Translations under genes and position numbers: made by a program | Origin: Nitrospirota bacterium | Lineage (GTDB): Bacteria > Nitrospirota > Nitrospiria > Nitrospirales > Nitrospiraceae | NCBI GenBank assembly: GCA_963701855.1 | Contig: CAVPBK010000006.1 | Span: 1,312,001 to 1,376,000, forward strand | DNA: 64,000 nt | Reading direction: 5' to 3' | Part shown: in pieces, positions 1 to 9,079 of the stretch | Layout of the letters: each line of letters opens with the position of its first letter | Position numbering within the stretch: position 1 is the stretch's first letter | The notes under the pieces: generated by a model | What the model saw: only the letters and a program-made list of their open reading frames with translations | Database searches by the model: none | Told to the model about the DNA's origin: nothing

Positions 1-214
1 GGTGATCTATGAGCGGAACGGAATCGTCGAACGGCGTGCCATAATCGAAACGAGCGCGACGGGCTATCGTCTGATCAATGAGACCGGAGCCCTACTTGCG
101 GAGGCAGAAATGGGACAGGATGGGAGCGTCACACTTCTCGATCCCGACTGCCAAGTGGTCAGACAATGGACCTCCAATCAACTGTTGGCAATGGCGGGAG
201 AGACCAAGAACTGA
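1..214 (+). CDS. 3' end of a hypothetical protein, possibly DUF3332-family lipoprotein (partial)
   Basis: Frame open from the window edge to TGA at 214. YERNGIVERRA...GYRLI...LLAEAEMGQDGSVTLLD resembles recalled C-termini of Nitrospira DUF3332 proteins; not verified. Confidence 0.45.
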   Translation, partial: VIYERNGIVERRAIIETSATGYRLINETGALLAEAEMGQDGSVTLLDPDCQVVRQWTSNQLLAMAGETKN

Positions 215-584
215 GAAGAACCTAGATGGAATCAGACTGATCAGTGATCGAATGGACGGCCTGATCAGTAAAAATTATGGCAATGCGTCGGCATTCGTGC
301 AGCCCGTGATCTTGGTCGATACCTCAAGGAGGATAGATCACTTGAGGATCGGAAACGAACGCCTCCGGTCTTTTCTTCAGGAATACCCTATATGGGAGTG
401 TCTGTGAAAGTAGGGGAGGTTCATTGACTGATGCGAGGTTAGCCCATGCGTATTGAGCAGTTCCAGGATGTCGTCAATGGTCGTGTTCTCGGTCTCGGTG
501 AGTAGGATGGCTCAGGGAAAGCGGTTTCAGGAATGCTGGCACGGAGATTCTTGCAGCGGAACCGTTTGTCATGTGGGCTCCTGT

Positions 585-1478
585 TCATCGTATTAATTTC
601 TCAACTGAAGCTCTGGGAATTAGAATTGTTCCTACCCCGACAACTTCTGCTGTCTCTACCACTACGCTTCTGACGTTCACTTCTATAGAATCCAGACCCA
701 TCTCCGCATATGTTCCTAAAATGACTGCATCAACACCGAGAAGACTGCCAATTCTCTTTACCGATGTATCATCGAACATAGGCCTCAAAGATAAATGTTG
801 TTCATCCATGACCTTTTGCAACTGTGAGCGTTCGATGACCTTCGCCGAGGAGGTCATGTAGACTTGGTTTGTAAGCTTGTCTGTCAGATAGTTACCAAGG
901 GGTGTATTCGCATTTTGGGCAGCGTCAGCCAGAGGCAAGACGGCAAGCCGAGAAATATGATGCTCCTTCATGCCAATTGAAAGCTGGTCTGCCATGTCTT
1001 TGAACTGTGCCTGAATAGGTCCGAGATTAACTACCTGAGGTCTTGGCTCAGAAGGCGTCACCGGCATCTCTGGAGCAGTCTCATTGATTCCTGCCACACG
1101 TCCGTCTACTCCATAGTAGATAGGGAGACGTTTCTTCTCACCAGTCATCAGTTCTGCCGGAGTGAAGATGACCTCAGCGATCCCAATCGTCAGCAGGTCA
1201 TAGAGTAGATACACAGCAGCCCGAGCTGAACTGGGTTCATTATTGACTTCGTATTCGTAAATATCAGTCCGTGCTCCATAGCTGGTCGGGTGGGACTCTT
1301 TAGGCTGACCTAATTCCAGTTCCACCTCTCCCTTGGTCGAGCCAACATGCAGGGTCTGCAGATTGGGATCCTTATGCCCACTGAGCGCCATGCCGATCGA
1401 ACATCCGCTTAGAGTAATTGCCACCACAAGACCGGCCATGAGCCTCACGACGTACTTGCAGCGACGGTGCTCCATCAT
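585..1478 (-). CDS. Lipoprotein with C-terminal FlgO/CsgG-like domain
   Basis: Lipobox LSGC. C-terminal RLAVLPLAD...LGNYLTDKL...KVIERSQLQKVMDEQ...IGSLLGVDAVILG is typical of CsgG/FlgO folds. Start uncertain (1559, 1490, 1478 or 1439). Confidence 0.7.
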   Translation of the reverse strand: MMEHRRCKYVVRLMAGLVVAITLSGCSIGMALSGHKDPNLQTLHVGSTKGEVELELGQPKESHPTSYGARTDIYEYEVNNEPSSARAAVYLLYDLLTIGIAEVIFTPAELMTGEKKRLPIYYGVDGRVAGINETAPEMPVTPSEPRPQVVNLGPIQAQFKDMADQLSIGMKEHHISRLAVLPLADAAQNANTPLGNYLTDKLTNQVYMTSSAKVIERSQLQKVMDEQHLSLRPMFDDTSVKRIGSLLGVDAVILGTYAEMGLDSIEVNVRSVVVETAEVVGVGTILIPRASVEKLIR

Positions 1479-1514
1479 GTTCTCAGGCATGTTTTTCACG
1501 ATGGGGTCTAAGAT

Positions 1515-1610
1515 GCATTGCACAGGGAAGCGGCGGAAGGGATGAACCGAGAAGGGCATAGGAGCCTCGCAGGGAGCCGTATTGTAGGAGGGAGTCACTC
1601 AAAAGCGCAA
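1515..1610 (-). pseudogene. Promoter, RBS and first ~15 codons of a PilZ-family-like gene, in frame with the downstream lipoprotein
   Basis: TTGCGC-N18-TACAAT, then GAGGCTCCT-ATG (1559), then MPFSVHPFRRFPVQC, which resembles the RxxxR-bearing N-terminus recalled for Nitrospira PilZ paralogues. Confidence 0.45.
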
Positions 1611-1750
1611 GGATCAAGAGGGGACATGGTGGTTTTCCCAAGAGGAGCGATAGTGTTTATGAAATGGCTATGTTGTAGTACACGCCCAGAGGGAAGTGAT
1701 GGATTTCCTAGAGTGGAAGGATTACACATGACGTAGCGATTGACGAATAC

Positions 1751-1999
1751 TTGGGAGCCCTGGCAGGCTGCCGCATCACTATTCGTCATATTCTCTATGA
1801 AGGCGGGAAGCTCACGAAGGACGGAGGAACTTTTTGGGATCGCGAACAACCTGACATCTGCGTCAGTGGCCACACGCATCAGCCGAAAGTTGAATGGGTC
1901 GCCAAAACGTTGCTGCTCAATCCAGGATCAGCAAGACCGAAGCGATTCAAGCTTATCCAAGGGCTCGGCCTTTTACGTCTCAACGGCGACGAAGTATAA
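1751..1999 (+). pseudogene. C-terminal fragment of YfcE/MJ0936-type metallophosphoesterase
   Basis: PDICVSGHTHQP and LLLNPGSA motifs present; N-terminal DxH and GNxD motifs absent. Confidence 0.65.
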
Positions 2000-2159
2000 T
2001 CACGTCTCGTTTCATTGCCTGATAAGGCTGGGTCTCACATGGTGGGGTAGTCTGCGCCGACAATTTTTGGGCAAGAACCATCAGTTCGGCTACATGTATG
2101 ACTGAAAGATATCGAGGGGAAGTCGTGTTGTGAAGAGATGAAGCAAGGAGGTGCTCGTG

Positions 2160-2672
2160 ATGAACGTATGGAAGATAGTGATGGCGATGGCTTTTGTGGG
2201 TGTCTGTCATGCAGGCATTGCTATGGGAGCTGGAAATCCCGATACAGGTCCTGGCTGTGGGCTTGGCAAGAAATTGTGGGAGGGCTGGAAAGGTCAGAAG
2301 CAAATTGCGCCGCAAATATTCATGGCCAGCACCAATGTGACGGGCAGCTACTCATTTGCCATTAGTTCAGGAACTTCTGGCTGTAGTCATGACGGAAGAA
2401 TATGGGATAGCGAGAAGGCGAGCCTCTTCATTGGAATCAATTACGCCAACCTTTCAGAGGATATGGCTCGTGGCGGCGGTGAGCACCTGGCCTCATTGGC
2501 AATGCTCTTACATGTTCCGCAGGAATACCAGCATGAATTCTTCGCGATGGCCCAAGAACGGTATGCTTCCTTGGCCAACGCAGAAGAAGATGATCCGGTC
2601 GTGATCGCGGAAGCTCTCCAGAAAACCATAATGACTCATCCGGCTCTTGCCACGCTGCAGATCACGCAGTGA
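2160..2672 (+). CDS. DUF3015 family secreted protein
   Basis: AAGGAGG RBS, signal peptide, GPGCGLG...SSGTSGC...DMARGGGEHLASLA motifs. Confidence 0.85.
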   Translation: MNVWKIVMAMAFVGVCHAGIAMGAGNPDTGPGCGLGKKLWEGWKGQKQIAPQIFMASTNVTGSYSFAISSGTSGCSHDGRIWDSEKASLFIGINYANLSEDMARGGGEHLASLAMLLHVPQEYQHEFFAMAQERYASLANAEEDDPVVIAEALQKTIMTHPALATLQITQ

Positions 2673-2860
2673 CCGGTCCTCCTCACTCCACAAGGTTTGC
2701 CCCGTTCAAAATCAGGATCGTAGGCGCTTTGTGTGGTCAAGCAATCAGCGGGCTGTTGCTGAAATTTTTCTAGTCATCACCATTGATTTATTGTATAAAA
2801 CATCACGAGGGTTTGAATAATGCGACCTCGCTCAAATTCACATTCAAAGGAGGATTGTAT

Positions 2861-3376
2861 ATGCGCAAGGGACAGATCGTAGCTTTGATGGCACTGGCAA
2901 TTCTTGGAGCGCAGCCCGGTTTTGTGTTGGCTACGGGGGTTGCTGACAATGGTCCTGGGTGTGGTCTTGGGAAAGAGCTCTGGAGGGATCAGAATACCGA
3001 TGCGTGGGGAAAACAGGTCTTGATTTCCACGACCAACAATACCATCGTACCATTTCAGGCATTCGGGATCACGTCACAGACTATGGGCTGTAAAAACGGT
3101 GGGAAGTTCTGGGTAGAGTATAAGACAAACATGTTTGCCCAGTTGAATTTCGAGAACCTGTCTCAAGAAATGGCACAGGGTCAGGGCGAACACCTGGCCT
3201 CGCTGGCGACACTGATGGGTGTTCCAGCTGACCATCAGGCCGAATTTTTTGCAATGACTCAAGAAAGATACACAACGTTGGTGAAAGCGGGTGAGGCCTC
3301 ACCTGTCGCGATGATCAAAGCCTTAAATGACGCGGTTGCTACTCATCCGGTTTTGGCGGAAGTCTCTGGGCAGTAG
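2861..3376 (+). CDS. DUF3015 family secreted protein
   Basis: AAGGAGG RBS, signal peptide, GPGCGLG...FGITSQTMGC...EMAQGQGEHLASLA. Confidence 0.85.
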   Translation: MRKGQIVALMALAILGAQPGFVLATGVADNGPGCGLGKELWRDQNTDAWGKQVLISTTNNTIVPFQAFGITSQTMGCKNGGKFWVEYKTNMFAQLNFENLSQEMAQGQGEHLASLATLMGVPADHQAEFFAMTQERYTTLVKAGEASPVAMIKALNDAVATHPVLAEVSGQ

Positions 3377-3392
3377 CCTTAAAGATTGGTGG

Positions 3393-3420
3393 AGGGCTCC
3401 CATCGCAAGATGGGGGCCCT
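3393..3420 (+). terminator. Strong stem-loop between DUF3015 and DUF4105 genes
   Basis: AGGGCTCCCATC-GCAA-GATGGGGGCCCT, 12-bp stem with GNRA loop, 2 nt before ATG 3423. Confidence 0.6.
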
Positions 3421-3422
3421 TC

Positions 3423-5336
3423 ATGTTTTCAGGTGTATGGTTTGCGGCTCCCCTATTCGTTCTCGCCGTTTCTCAGTCGGCAAGTGCGACGACGATCCCC
3501 GATCATTCTTATCTAAGCGAGCTTATTCAGAGAGCTAGTCAAGCTAAGTTGGCTGAGTTGCGTGAGTGGCATCTACTCCTCCACTACCGGGAAAATGTAT
3601 TCGGCGGTTATACGAGCGAAGCGGATGATCCGCAGTTCTTTCTGTCACCAACCGGTCGGACCGATCCGCAAGCCGAACTCGAGAGCACAATAAGTGCGTT
3701 CTTCGCCACGGAGCAGGTCGGAAATTCGAAGCAGCCTGCTCAATGTGCCTTCATCGCGCGCTATCATTGGCTGAAGTCGGAATTACAGATCGACGATCTC
3801 AAGCTTCCCGCTCTGCCCTGTGAACGATTTGACCAATGGATCGCCGAACTGAACGCCGATTCCATCACTCTCATCTTCGCTTCGGCTTTTCTCGGCAATC
3901 CAGCCTCAATGTTCGGCCATACATTCTTGAGAATTGATCAAAAAGGTCAAACTGAGCAGACGCGCCTCCTTGCCTACACGGTTAACTACGCGGCGGATGT
4001 TCCTCCAGATGCGGGACTGTGGTATCCCATCAAAGGCATTTTCGGAGGGTTCAAGGGCTACTTTTCAACGCCGCCCTACTACCTCAAGGTGCAGGAGTAT
4101 CGGGACATAGAGAATCGCGACATCTGGGAATATCGCTTACAATTCTCGCAAGCGCAGTTGCGTCGATTGCTCGAGCACGCATGGGAATTGGGCAGCACCT
4201 ATTTTGACTATTATTTTCTTAAGGAGAACTGTTCATACCACATTCTCTCCCTCTTGGAATACGCCGACCCGACCCTTCATTTAACGGATCGATTCCATGC
4301 GTGGACGGTCCCGGCGGATACCGTTCGGCTCGTAGTGGCTCAACCAGGCCTTGTTAAGGACACGATGTACCGACCCTCACGAAGAACAGTGATTCAACGG
4401 AAGCGCGAACGGCTTTCAGTTGAAGAACATCAATTGTTTGTTGATATCACAGAACAGGTAGGGTCGATAGAACAGCAAGCATTCGTCAGGTTACCGATCC
4501 AAAGACAAGCCTTCATTCTCGATGTGACGTCCGACTACCTGCGTTATCGAAGCGAGACGGACAAATCCCACGCGTCCGTTTACAAAGAGCAAAACCGAGC
4601 TGTTCTCGCCGCCCGAAGCGCTATCAGAATTCCGTCAGAGGATATAAAGTTTGATCCATTTTCCAAACAGCCTGATCTTGGTCACGGCACTTCGCGTGCA
4701 AGTGTAGGGGCCGGGTGGCGTAACAACGATACGTTTGAGGAGTTGGCGATCCGGGCTGGTTACCATGATCTCCTGGATCCTGAGATTGGCCATACACAGG
4801 ATGCGCAAGTTGAAATTGCATCAGTGAGCGTGAGGCACTATAACCGGGCCGATCAGACCAGGGTTGAACGGGCCACGCTGGTCAATATGATGTCACTCTC
4901 GCCGATGGACTCGCTGTTCCATGGGCCCTCGTGGAAGATCAATGCCGGGATGAACACGATTCGCTTCGACAACTGTCAACTCTGCAGTAATGAGGTCCTG
5001 AACGGCGGCATCGGGGCAGCGGCGGAATCCCACTGGCTGAAACGGGAAGTGGTGTTCGCCTTCGCAGAGGCCGAAGCCAACTACAGCCGCGCCTATCAGG
5101 AAGACCATCGCGTCGGCGGCGGAGGGACAGTCGGCCTGCTGGCCGATCTCACCGACCGATGGAAATTGATGGCGTCAGGAACCTACCTGCGTTATGCCTT
5201 GGGGGATAAGTCAGACGACTTTCGATGGTTCGTGGGGCAACGCTATACGGTGAGTCAGAACTGGGCGTTCAGGTTGGAGTATAACCACCGCGACCACGAC
5301 AACGATGTGCTTTTCAATCTGCAAGCCTTTTTTTAA
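3423..5336 (+). CDS. DUF4105 (Lnb N-terminal-like) domain protein with C-terminal beta-barrel, copy 1
   Basis: Signal peptide, WHLLLHY, SMFGHTFLRID, YYFLKENCSYH; alternating barrel-like C-terminus ending in Phe. Confidence 0.85.
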   Translation: MFSGVWFAAPLFVLAVSQSASATTIPDHSYLSELIQRASQAKLAELREWHLLLHYRENVFGGYTSEADDPQFFLSPTGRTDPQAELESTISAFFATEQVGNSKQPAQCAFIARYHWLKSELQIDDLKLPALPCERFDQWIAELNADSITLIFASAFLGNPASMFGHTFLRIDQKGQTEQTRLLAYTVNYAADVPPDAGLWYPIKGIFGGFKGYFSTPPYYLKVQEYRDIENRDIWEYRLQFSQAQLRRLLEHAWELGSTYFDYYFLKENCSYHILSLLEYADPTLHLTDRFHAWTVPADTVRLVVAQPGLVKDTMYRPSRRTVIQRKRERLSVEEHQLFVDITEQVGSIEQQAFVRLPIQRQAFILDVTSDYLRYRSETDKSHASVYKEQNRAVLAARSAIRIPSEDIKFDPFSKQPDLGHGTSRASVGAGWRNNDTFEELAIRAGYHDLLDPEIGHTQDAQVEIASVSVRHYNRADQTRVERATLVNMMSLSPMDSLFHGPSWKINAGMNTIRFDNCQLCSNEVLNGGIGAAAESHWLKREVVFAFAEAEANYSRAYQEDHRVGGGGTVGLLADLTDRWKLMASGTYLRYALGDKSDDFRWFVGQRYTVSQNWAFRLEYNHRDHDNDVLFNLQAFF

Positions 5337-5400
5337 TCCAGCTCGAGGATCGACGGAACTTATTTGTAAAGTTCTTTGCCTGTCCGTTGATGGGGGAATG

Positions 5401-5429
5401 TTGACAATTCGAGAACCAATACATAACAT
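5401..5429 (+). promoter_or_regulatory. Sigma70-type promoter
   Basis: TTGACA-N17-TAACAT upstream of the PEGA lipoprotein gene. Confidence 0.45.
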
Positions 5430-5661
5430 TCCAGCCCACCGGTACTGGCAAGATGGTGCTACGGCAGGTTAGGTTTTCATGTAAGGTTCCGTTGTTCCCT
5501 CTTGGCAAAGATTTCAGATTTTTGATCGGGTCTTACCAAAATTACCCCGGCAAGGATCCCTCAATAACTTCAAGCCGACCCTTCTTGTCTGGTAATTTGC
5601 ATAAGTTGTTGATTGCAGACAAGCGCTCATGTTTGACGTTCCTTCAGCAGGAAAGAGAGAA

Positions 5662-6219
5662 ATGACGAGAAGAATGAGAGGCGTACTGTGCCTGGCTGTA
5701 ATGGGAATAGCCATTGCGGGCTGCACGAAAGTCGTCTTTATGGGTAATAAGGGGGAATTGAGCAAGAAAATGAGGATTACTTCAGATCCTCCCGGTGCAC
5801 AGGTTTTCCTCAGGGGATCCATACCCCTCGGCGAGACCCCACTGCTGGATGTAAAAATTGAACAAACATACGATACGTTCCTGACTCTAAAGAAGGAGGG
5901 CTATGAAGACAAAAATCTCCTCCTGAGGCATCATTTTCACGTCGTTCTCAATCCGAAGAAGGCTTCCCGTGAACAACGGGCGCAGGTTGCGCGAACTAAG
6001 ACGGCGAGGGATCTCACGCTGATAGGCTATTCAGAGGTTCAACAAAATTTGGCCGTTGGGCGCGGAGAATATCTCGCGAGTCTATTGGTAACGTTGAGGG
6101 TGCCAGAATCTGAGCAAGGCAATGCTATACGTCAGTTACAGGAGCTTATAGCGGATTCTGCGGATCCGTTAGATTTTTCGGATAAGGTTCTCGATCGTTT
6201 TCATGTGTCACGGTTCTAG
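5662..6219 (+). CDS. Lipoprotein, PEGA domain fused to DUF3015-like C-terminal helical region
   Basis: Lipobox IAGC; ITSDPPGAQVF...LGETP...LKKEGYE (PEGA); NLAVGRGEYLASLLVTLRVP aligns with DUF3015 DMARGGGEHLASLAMLLHVP. Confidence 0.75.
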   Translation: MTRRMRGVLCLAVMGIAIAGCTKVVFMGNKGELSKKMRITSDPPGAQVFLRGSIPLGETPLLDVKIEQTYDTFLTLKKEGYEDKNLLLRHHFHVVLNPKKASREQRAQVARTKTARDLTLIGYSEVQQNLAVGRGEYLASLLVTLRVPESEQGNAIRQLQELIADSADPLDFSDKVLDRFHVSRF

Positions 6220-6358
6220 TGAAACCGACCGGACTGATCCCTTAAAACTTTGAGGTGAAGAAGAAATACATCGCGCGGCAACCCAATGAGCAGAAGCGTA
6301 GAGAAGCAACAAGTATTTTTCTCACCAGAACGTGCTTTTCGGCTATAATGCAACCGTA

Positions 6359-6533
6359 GCAACGCTCATGGGTGTGCCTGCCAACCATGAAAGTGATTTT
6401 TTTTGTGATGACACAGAAGCAATATGCCGCCCTAGTCGAGGCAGGTGAGAATTCGCTGATCACGATGGTCAAAGCACTGAATGACGGGATTTTAGGCCAT
6501 CCGGTTTTGGCCCAAGTCTCTTTTACCCGCTGA
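6359..6533 (+). pseudogene. 3' remnant of a third DUF3015 gene
   Basis: ATLMGVPANHESDFF/VMTQKQYAALVEAGENSLITMVKALNDGILGHPVLAQVS matches the C-terminus of 2861..3376; extra T in a T8 run at ~6397-6404; 5' half missing. Confidence 0.8.
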
Positions 6534-6540
6534 TTTACTA

Positions 6541-6577
6541 ATCCGGGGTTCCAGCTTTCATACTGGAACCCCGGGAT
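6541..6577 (+). terminator. Stem-loop between DUF3015 remnant and DUF4105 copy 2
   Basis: CCGGGGTTCCAG...CTGGAACCCCGG perfect 12-bp inverted repeat. Confidence 0.6.
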
Positions 6578-6594
6578 ATTTTCTCACTCCACCC

Positions 6595-8499
6595 TTGCGA
6601 ATTTTTGCTTTGGTCTTATTGAGCCTGGCGACGAGCATTGCGCCTGCGATGGCAAATGCCTTTTCCAACCCCTATCTTGAAGAGTTAGTTAACCTCGCCC
6701 ATCAAGCCAGGCTGGCGGACGACCGTGAATGGCATCTACTGCTTCACTATAGAGAAAACTTCTTCGGGGGCCATACCAGTGAGCAGGACGACCCGGGATT
6801 TTTCATGTCGCCCGATGGGAAAACTGACCCACAGGCAGAACTCGATGCGACGCTGAAGCAGTTCTTCTCTGATGCACTTGTTGGGCGTTCGAATCAGCCG
6901 GCTCAATGCGCCTTTATCGCCCGGTACCACTGGTTGCAGGAACGGTTACAATTCGACGATTCCCGTTTGCCGAAGATGGCATGCGAACGGTTCGAACGAT
7001 GGGTTGCCGAGTTTGAAGCCCAATCGATCACGCTCATTTTCCCCGCTGCCTTCTTGAACAATCCCGCATCCATGTTCGGTCATACGTTTCTTCGGATTGA
7101 TCAGAAGGGCCAGACCGAACAGACCAGAATTCTGGCGCATACGATCAACTATGCGGCGTACGTACCTCCTGACGCCGGAATAGCCTATCCGATCCGTGGC
7201 ATTTTCGGTGGGTACAGCGGATACTTCTCGACGTATCCTTACTACTTGAAGGTACAGGAGTATCGAGACTTCGAAAATCGAGATATTTGGGAATATCGCC
7301 TCAATTTCACGGAGTACCAGATAACGCGGTTGCTGATGCACTCGTGGGAAATGGGGAATGCCTCCTTCGACTACTTCTTCTTCAAAGAGAACTGTTCCTA
7401 TCATCTCCTGGCACTTCTCGATTATGCCGATCCCACGCTACACCTTACTGACGAGTTTCTTTTGTGGACCGTTCCTGCCGACACAGTCCGGCTGATTGCA
7501 TCGAAACCAGGGCTGGTTACCGGGGTCGCCTATCGGCCATCCCGCAGCAACGTGATCCGGCGGAAAGGTGAATCTTTGCAGGCAAGTGAACGGGACCTGG
7601 CGCTTCGAATCACCCAAGATCTCGGCGAACTCACCTCACCGGCTTTTGTCCGATTGGGTCTTACGAAGCAGGCGTTTCTGCTCGAGCTTGCCTCGGACTA
7701 CCTCCGGTATCAGATCGCGACGACCGATTCCCCGCCGCCTGAGTTGAAAGAGCGTAACAGGGCAGTCCTGACAGCCCGCGGTCAACTCCGAATTCCGTCT
7801 CAGGAGTTCACGGTGGTGCCGTTTGCGAAACAACCAGAATTGGGGCACAAAACGTCCCGCGCCACGGTGGGAGCCGGGTGGCGGAATAACGATACCTTTG
7901 AGGAAGTTTCGGTGCGGGCCGGCTATCACGATCTGCTCGATCCGGAGGTCGGGTACACACCGGATGCGCAGATTGAGTTGGCCTCGATCAGCTTGCGTCA
8001 CTACAACCGCGTCGATCAGACGAGGATTGAACGGGCAACTCTTGCCAACGTCTTATCCCTCTCACCGATTGACTCGGTCTCTCACGCACCATCGTGGAAG
8101 ATCAATATGGGCATGAACACGATTCGCTTCGGCGACTGTCAGCTCTGCAGTAATGGGGTCCTGAACGGCGGCATCGGAGCAGCGGTGGAATCCCACTGGC
8201 TGAAACGGGAAGTGGTGTTCGCCTTCGCAGAGACCGAGGCTGACTATAGTCATGCCTATGAAGAGGACCATCGGGTCGGCGGCGGGGGAACAGCCGGTCT
8301 ACTGGCGGACCTCACTGACCGATGGAAACTGATGGCATCCGGGACATACCTGCGCTATGCCTTGGGGGATAAATCAGACGACTTTCGATGGTTCGTGGGC
8401 CAACGCTATACGTTGAGTCAGAACTGGGCGCTCAGGCTGGAGTATAACCATCGCGACCACGATAACGATGTAGTCTTCAGTATGCAGGCGTTCTTCTGA
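6595..8499 (+). CDS. DUF4105 domain protein with C-terminal beta-barrel, copy 2
   Basis: Full-length paralogue of 3423..5336 with the same GHTFLR and ENCSYH motifs; ends QAFF. Confidence 0.85.
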   Translation: MRIFALVLLSLATSIAPAMANAFSNPYLEELVNLAHQARLADDREWHLLLHYRENFFGGHTSEQDDPGFFMSPDGKTDPQAELDATLKQFFSDALVGRSNQPAQCAFIARYHWLQERLQFDDSRLPKMACERFERWVAEFEAQSITLIFPAAFLNNPASMFGHTFLRIDQKGQTEQTRILAHTINYAAYVPPDAGIAYPIRGIFGGYSGYFSTYPYYLKVQEYRDFENRDIWEYRLNFTEYQITRLLMHSWEMGNASFDYFFFKENCSYHLLALLDYADPTLHLTDEFLLWTVPADTVRLIASKPGLVTGVAYRPSRSNVIRRKGESLQASERDLALRITQDLGELTSPAFVRLGLTKQAFLLELASDYLRYQIATTDSPPPELKERNRAVLTARGQLRIPSQEFTVVPFAKQPELGHKTSRATVGAGWRNNDTFEEVSVRAGYHDLLDPEVGYTPDAQIELASISLRHYNRVDQTRIERATLANVLSLSPIDSVSHAPSWKINMGMNTIRFGDCQLCSNGVLNGGIGAAVESHWLKREVVFAFAETEADYSHAYEEDHRVGGGGTAGLLADLTDRWKLMASGTYLRYALGDKSDDFRWFVGQRYTLSQNWALRLEYNHRDHDNDVVFSMQAFF

Positions 8500-8539
8500 G
8501 TGCCGCGACGTAGTCGTCTCAGAAGTCGTGATTTTATCA

Positions 8540-8567
8540 TTGACAACCTTTCGAGACCATATATACT
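8540..8567 (+). promoter_or_regulatory. Sigma70-type promoter
   Basis: TTGACA-N16-TATACT upstream of the TRL-like gene, followed by AGGAGG RBS. Confidence 0.6.
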
Positions 8568-8650
8568 CGCACCCATAGTACTACTTGCTTGGATGCATAC
8601 GCAGATTCTCTTTCGCAAGCTTCTCACTATAACCATCACAAGGAGGAATC

Positions 8651-8977
8651 ATGAAGCAGCTGAAGTTTATTTTGACACTCGCAGGAATCTCAGTGGCAGC
8701 ATTTAGCCTGGCGGCCTGCCAGATTGTTGCCTCGCCGATGGCCGGCACAACGTTCAACGAGACGAAGTACGGGAACATCGCGACGGCTGAAACCGCTACG
8801 ACCAAAGAGGGGAAAGCCTGCGGTACGTCGATCTTGGGTGCGTTCGCCCAGGGTGATGCCAGTATCGTCGCTGCCAAAGCCAATGGTGGAATCACGAAAG
8901 TCACATCAGTGGACCATTCCGCCAAGAATATCTTGGGAATCTTCGGCGAATGGTGCACGATCGTCAAGGGCAACTGA
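8651..8977 (+). CDS. TRL-like family lipoprotein
   Basis: Lipobox LAAC; KEGKACGTSILG...GDASI..AKANGGITKV..VD....ILG....CTIVKG. Confidence 0.85.
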   Translation: MKQLKFILTLAGISVAAFSLAACQIVASPMAGTTFNETKYGNIATAETATTKEGKACGTSILGAFAQGDASIVAAKANGGITKVTSVDHSAKNILGIFGEWCTIVKGN

Positions 8978-8997
8978 TTTACGAACGTCCGCAATCG

Positions 8998-9039
8998 AAG
9001 GGGCCTTTGGGGTAGAAGCCCCAGAGGCCCTTTTATTTT
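8998..9039 (+). terminator. Rho-independent terminator
   Basis: AAGGGGCCTTTGGGG...CCCCAGAGGCCCTTTT followed by a T-rich tail. Confidence 0.7.
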
Positions 9040-9079
9040 GGGCGGCGCTGCTGCCAATGCGGAGTAGGGTAGACTCGAG

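Noticed and set aside
78..560. ORF 78..407 and CTGATCAG palindromes
   Set aside because: No recognisable motif, overlaps the upstream CDS, and the short palindromes are not significant alone.
6242..6388. Minus-strand micro-ORF with CxxC...FCSxxC, resembling a TRASH/zinc finger
   Set aside because: Its start lies antisense within the DUF3015 remnant and has no RBS; probably chance.
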